Source of the DNA: Eledone cirrhosa
Taxonomy: Eukaryota
Direction of reading: 5' to 3'
DNA length: 64,000 bases
Assembly (NCBI GenBank): GCA_964016885.1
Contig: OZ024741.1
Location: 334,056,001 to 334,120,000, forward strand
The notes beneath the pieces are model-generated. The model was not told where the DNA came from, ran no database searches, and was given only the letters and a program-made list of their open reading frames with translations. Below, in pieces: positions 63,438-64,000 of this stretch; positions within the stretch are counted from its first letter, which is position 1; every line of letters starts with the position of its first letter. Position numbers and translations under genes: made by a program.

Positions 63438-64000
63438 GTCGTTTCTGAATTTGTTTAGCAAGATTCATTATCTGAAATCGTGTGTTGAAACCAATATTGT
63501 TATACTTTGGGAGGGTCATGTTGCCAATAAGAAACACACGCACCAGTTGCTTTCACTTCAATTTATTATAATAAATTTATAAATTTATAAATTTCTGGTT
63601 GGTTGGTTGGTTCCACAACCAGATAGTTGTTTATATATAGTCATAGTTCTTTCGTCACACACTCTGTGACCTCTTCAGTGACTGGGGATTCCTTTCTTTG
63701 TTTCGGTGCCTCTCCTTTGTTCTGTCCTACGCCATTTTGTTTCTGTGTGTGTGTTGTGTGCTCAGTCTGCGCATGCGCCACATCCGGGTGTCTGTGTGTG
63801 TTTATGTTCATTTATTTATTTGTTTATTTACATGTTACTGGTTGGTTGTTTGTTCTATGTGTGTGTGTGTTTTCATTTTGTCCTTAATTGTAAGGTGTGA
63901 TGTTGCTGTTCCACTCATATTTTCTATTTAATTTTGGTTGTAATTCTTTTATGTTTATTGCCTCTGTAATTTGTCTAAACATTGCGTCTTTTCTGTGTGT
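63438..64000 (-). mobile_element. PLE pLTR related to 58600-59104, running off the window edge
   Basis: Shared order GCATGCG.AGA, AAAATGGCGTAG, hammerhead, ATGACCCTCCC.AAGTATAACAAT. Confidence 0.65.
63639..63683 (-). ncRNA. Minimal type I hammerhead
   Basis: Minus strand: AGTCA-CTGAAGA-g-GTCACA GAGTG TGTGAC-GAAA-GAAC-TA-TGACT. Confidence 0.8.

Noticed and set aside
62565-63543. Long Y/I/H/M/C-rich ORFs here and at 12.7, 18, 45.9, 47.7-48.5, 49.3 and 50.5 kb
   Set aside because: Translations of TA/TG microsatellites that lack stop codons in several frames

Overview
AT-rich, repeat-saturated eukaryotic DNA. The SINE repertoire and long (TA)n/(TATG)n tracts suggest an octopod cephalopod, which is inference only. 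I found no convincing host protein-coding gene; most ORF-track entries are microsatellite translations or decayed transposon frames. The window holds three mariner copies (one full-length with unusual 103-bp TIRs), three copies of an RTE LINE whose ORF carries a PHD-like finger, two other RTE lineages, five CRE-like 3' remnants and several Penelope-like elements (PLEs). It also holds two tRNA-derived SINE families, MITEs of piggyBac, Tc1/pogo and Merlin type, and minisatellites. The most notable signal is absent from the ORF track: six type I hammerhead ribozyme motifs (four well formed, two degenerate) plus two half-motifs, in elements inserted at (TA)n. One full-size hammerhead lies in a non-coding unit of about 521-nt period that resembles a retrozyme. 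A perfect 111-bp palindrome is centred on the inferred stem II of a hammerhead.
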